A DNA stretch of 30,494 bases, taken from NCBI GenBank assembly GCA_021801885.1, contig JAKABL010000001.1, positions 1 through 30,494 of the forward strand. Reading direction: 5' to 3'. A program made the position numbers and the translations under genes. The DNA is from a bacterium (GTDB lineage Bacteria > Patescibacteriota > Minisyncoccia > UBA6257 > 2-01-FULL-56-20). Every line of letters starts with the position of its first letter. The first letter of the stretch is position 1. Positions 27,160-30,494 of the stretch are shown piece by piece. Below the pieces are notes generated by a model, which was not told the DNA's origin, made no database searches, and worked only from the letters and a program-made list of their open reading frames with translations.

Positions 27160-27865
27160 TCCGTAGCTTCGGTACCATGCTTAGCCCCGGTACATTTTCG
27201 GCGCCGCCACCCGTCGAATAGTGAGTTGTTACACACTCTTTAAAGGATGGCTACCTCTAAGCCAACCTCCTATCTGTCTATGGGTGAGGACTGCCTTTTA
27301 CACTTAGCATGGATTTAGGGACCTTAGATGACGGTCTGGGCTCTTCCCCTCGCGACCATGGAGCTTAGCCCCCACAGTCTAACTAGTGGAATATGGGCCT
27401 GCGGTATTCGGAGTTTGATTGGTCTGCCGGAGTTTCCCCCTGTACAGACCATCCAGTGCTCTACCCCCACAGGGAACTTCCACCGCTAGTCCTAAAACTA
27501 TTTCGGAGAGAACCAGCTATTACGTTATTCGATTAGCTTTTCACTCCTTACCTCAGCTCATCCGAAGATTTTGAACAATCAACCGGTTCGGGCCTTCCCC
27601 CGCCTTTCGGCGGCGTTCACCCTGGCCAAGGCAAGCTCATAACGCTTCGGGTCTATCTTGTACTGCATAATGGGCGCCCTATTAAGACTCGCTTTCGCTG
27701 TGCCTTCGCGCTATTCGCGCTTAGACTGCAATACAAGATAAGTCGTTGGATCATTCTTCAATAGGCACATTGTCGCTCCGCGAAGACCCGAAGGCCTTCA
27801 CTTAGAGCTTCAATTCCTTGTAGACAAATGGTTTCAGGTTCTATTTCATCGGCCTCACCGGCCTG

Positions 27866-27902
<37 letters not shown>

Positions 27903-28828
27903 ATCTAGAAAAGTATTTAGCCTTACCTGATAGTACAGGCAAATTCACTCGAGACTGTTTTACCTCGAGCTACTCAAGTTAAAAAACTAAGGAGATCATC
28001 GGCTTTCGCCTACGGGGCTATCACCCTCTCTGGCGCCGCTTTCCAGACGGCTCCGGCTAGCTGACGATTTTTTTACTCCTCCACCGATCAGCAAATAACG
28101 CAACGCACGTACGCATCGCCCGAAGGCGGGCGCAGACGCGCTACGTTACTTGCTAAAAGAGCGTTCTTTTCTTATTACCCTAAGGTCGATCGTAAGATCA
28201 GAACCTTAGTTTGGGCTTTTCCCTGTTCTCTCGCCGATACTAAGGGAATAACTGATTTGTTCTTTTTTCCTCCGCTTACTGGAATGTTTTACTTCAGCGG
28301 GTACGCGATCGGCTTGCGCCGAACCATTGAGGTTTGCTCAATGAGGTTCCCCCATTCGGACATCCCCGGATCACAGGTTGCTACGCACCTCCCCGAGGCA
28401 TTTCGTTGCTACGCCACGTCCTTCATCGCCTTTTCTAGTCTAGGCATCCACCATTCGCCCTTAATGCCAACCATCCCAATGCTGACTTGCTCACGCCGCA
28501 CATCCGTAAAGAGATGCGGCGATCGCCATCATCATGTGATGATGTGTGACTCTGACTTGCCATGAGAAATTGCGCGCGGATGCATAACCACGCGGACCGG
28601 AAGTTCCTTACTTCCGATCTAATAAATGGCACAGAGTCTCCTTATTATTCCTCCGGCTCTACAATCCGGAAGTCCGCCAAAACCGACGGATAGATTGAAA
28701 AATGCACCGACGCGCTGTCCTTTCAAAAAAATCAGCCGCACTCGGCGGCCGTTCGCTGCGTCAAAAACGCGGCTTCAGCCGGAGTGTTTTGAAAGGTTGA
28801 TCTTGATAACCATATCGCGTCCTGAGTA

Positions 28829-28856
28829 AGTATACGCAGGCGCGAAAAGAAGTCAA
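28829..28856 (-). promoter_or_regulatory. Promoter of the 23S-5S unit
   Basis: TTGACT-N16-TATACT about 355 nt upstream of the 23S 5' end. Confidence 0.75.
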
Positions 28857-28905
28857 GCCTGGGAAAAAAGCGCCTATAAAAATAAGGGTTCCTGAATATC
28901 GCAAA

Positions 28906-28941
28906 TATAAACCGCTCCCATCCAAAAGGGAGCGGTTTATA
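28906..28941 (-). terminator. Terminator after tRNA-Pro
   Basis: 14-bp stem TATAAACCGCTCCC/GGGAGCGGTTTATA with an 8-nt loop. Confidence 0.8.
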
Positions 28942-28948
28942 AATTCTG

Positions 28949-29019
28949 TCGGGCTGCCGGGAATCGAACCCGGTCTTTACGCACCCGAAGCGCACGTACT
29001 ACCGGTATACTACAGCCCG
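28949..29019 (-). tRNA. tRNA-Pro(CGG), CCA not encoded
   Basis: Acceptor CGGGCTG/CAGCCCG, anticodon loop TTCGGGT, T-loop TTCGATT. Confidence 0.93.
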
Positions 29020-29090
29020 AAGATGTCGAACCCACCTATTAAACCGCGTTTCGGGAAAGAATTCAAATCAGCGCGGGCGGCGGCGCGCCC

Positions 29091-29522
29091 TCATATCCTC
29101 CCGGTCGTGCCGAATCCGCCGCGATCCGCGTGCGGCATGACCTCCGTCTCCTTCCAGACGAACGATGCGATAGGCACGAACATTCCTTGGGCAATGCGCT
29201 CCCCTTTTTCCACGGTGACCGGAGCGGACGAGAAATTATAGTATGCGGCGTTGATCTCGTCGGTGTCCCCGGAAAAATCGGGGTCGACGATGCCGATGCC
29301 GTTCGCCATCATAAGTCCCCGCTTGTGCGTACCACTGCGCGCCGCAAGGAGAAGGAAATGGCCGGGAGGAGTGGCCACCGCGACGTTCAACGGTATGTAT
29401 CCCACCGTACCCGGCGCGATCGTGACCGCCGCGCGCGCGGCGAAATCGAACGCGGCCGCGCCCTCGGTCTGCCGCGCGGGCAACGGGATCTCTTTATCGA
29501 ACCGCTTGAGGGGAATTTCCAT
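29091..29522 (-). CDS. dut: dUTP diphosphatase
   Basis: AAAFDF, ARSG, NGIGIVDPDFSG, ERIAQG, RGGFGTTG motifs. Confidence 0.96.
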   Translation of the reverse strand: MEIPLKRFDKEIPLPARQTEGAAAFDFAARAAVTIAPGTVGYIPLNVAVATPPGHFLLLAARSGTHKRGLMMANGIGIVDPDFSGDTDEINAAYYNFSSAPVTVEKGERIAQGMFVPIASFVWKETEVMPHADRGGFGTTGRI

Positions 29523-29545
29523 GAGAGATAAAAAATAATGATCGT

Positions 29546-30494
29546 TCAGTTGACCTTGAACTCTTTCTTCATCGCTTCCTCTTCGGCCGCCTCGACCGCG
29601 GCCTTCTTTTCTTTGGCACGCGCCATAAGGGTCTTGAGCGCATCGTCATCCAGGCCATTGAGGGCCGTGGCCCGCGCCGTGAGATGCTCCTTCTCGTTCC
29701 GCCCTGGATCGTCGAGCACTTCTTCGAGGAGTGCGTTCAAGATCCACCCGACCCGCGGCCCGGGAGGGATGCCGAGATGCGCCATGAGAGCATCACCGTC
29801 GAGGGCCAGCATTTTCGGCGCGATCGGATCGTGCTTCACCTTTTCGATCATGAACAGGAAATGGCGCAGGCGGTAAGGTACGGCCTTTTGTACGCCGGAA
29901 CCGATGCGGTCCGCCTCGCGCACCTTGAGGAGATCGTCGATGTTCTCGGGCCCCACGCGCACGATGAACCGCCTCACCCCGGCGGCGGACACGGATCCCA
30001 CGTCGTAGTAGAACATATGCCACCGCACGAGATGCGCCACGTATTCGGTGAACTCGCGGGAGAACCGCAGGCGATCGAGCATGCGCACCGCGATGCGCGC
30101 ACCGATGTATTCATGCTGGTAGAAGGTGGAGTCCGGCCCTTCGCCGCGCTTCGCCTTCGGCTTGCCGACGTCATGGAGGAGGGAGGCCATGCGCACCTCG
30201 AGCGAATAGTCCTGCCGTGCGGCATAGTCGAGGGCACGGACATTGTGCTCGAAGACGGTGTACACGTGGTGCTTGTTCTGTCCCACGCCGAGCCCCTCCC
30301 GAAGTTCCGGGAGGATGCAGGGCAAAAGGCCGAGCTCCTCGAGCATGAGAATGCCCTTCGCCGCCCGCGGCGTCATGAGAATTTTTACGAGCTCGTCGCG
30401 CACGCGTTCTTTGGCGATTGCGTCGAGCGTGCGCGCCTTTTCGATGATCGCACGGCGGGTGGCGAACTCGATTTCACAATCAAGCGCGACGGCG
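29546..30494 (-). CDS. cca: CCA tRNA nucleotidyltransferase with HD domain; 5' part outside the window
   Basis: IAKERVRDELVKIL...LLPCILPEL...QNKHHVYTVFEH...ASLLHDVGKP...LDGDALMAHLGIPPGPRVGWIL. Confidence 0.85.
   Translation of the reverse strand, partial: AVALDCEIEFATRRAIIEKARTLDAIAKERVRDELVKILMTPRAAKGILMLEELGLLPCILPELREGLGVGQNKHHVYTVFEHNVRALDYAARQDYSLEVRMASLLHDVGKPKAKRGEGPDSTFYQHEYIGARIAVRMLDRLRFSREFTEYVAHLVRWHMFYYDVGSVSAAGVRRFIVRVGPENIDDLLKVREADRIGSGVQKAVPYRLRHFLFMIEKVKHDPIAPKMLALDGDALMAHLGIPPGPRVGWILNALLEEVLDDPGRNEKEHLTARATALNGLDDDALKTLMARAKEKKAAVEAAEEEAMKKEFKVN

Noticed and set aside
29091-29522. dut as a sign of a second prophage
   Set aside because: Flanked by tRNA-Pro and cca in a housekeeping context, with no phage genes nearby.

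Overview
Window from a Patescibacteria/CPR-like (Parcubacteria-type) chromosome; the lineage is inferred from gene style and content. Host genes, mostly on the minus strand: gatB (partial), rplK, ssb, rpsF, a single fused rpoB-rpoC ORF, mltG, rodA/ftsW, two membrane-anchored genes, a 23S-5S rRNA unit with its own promoter and no 16S, tRNA-Pro(CGG), dut and a partial CCA-adding enzyme. Between the rplK terminator and gatB lies an ~11.4 kb integrated element (~1240-12653) bounded by imperfect inverted repeats. It carries a tyrosine integrase with a structured leader, a Fic toxin-antitoxin pair and a complete diversity-generating retroelement (DGR) whose target is a type IV pilin fused to a C-type-lectin-fold domain. 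The DGR reverse transcriptase is frameshifted inside an (AG)21 microsatellite, and the target gene has a second (GA)9 tract. The element also carries a dual-frame C5 DNA methyltransferase, a filamentous-phage (inovirus)-like virion module with no recognisable pI ATPase or Rep, and a HEPN gene. Separately, the 23S rRNA has a helix-45 insertion containing an anticodon-defective tRNA-like element with alanine identity features. All protein assignments come from motif recognition by eye; no database search was run.
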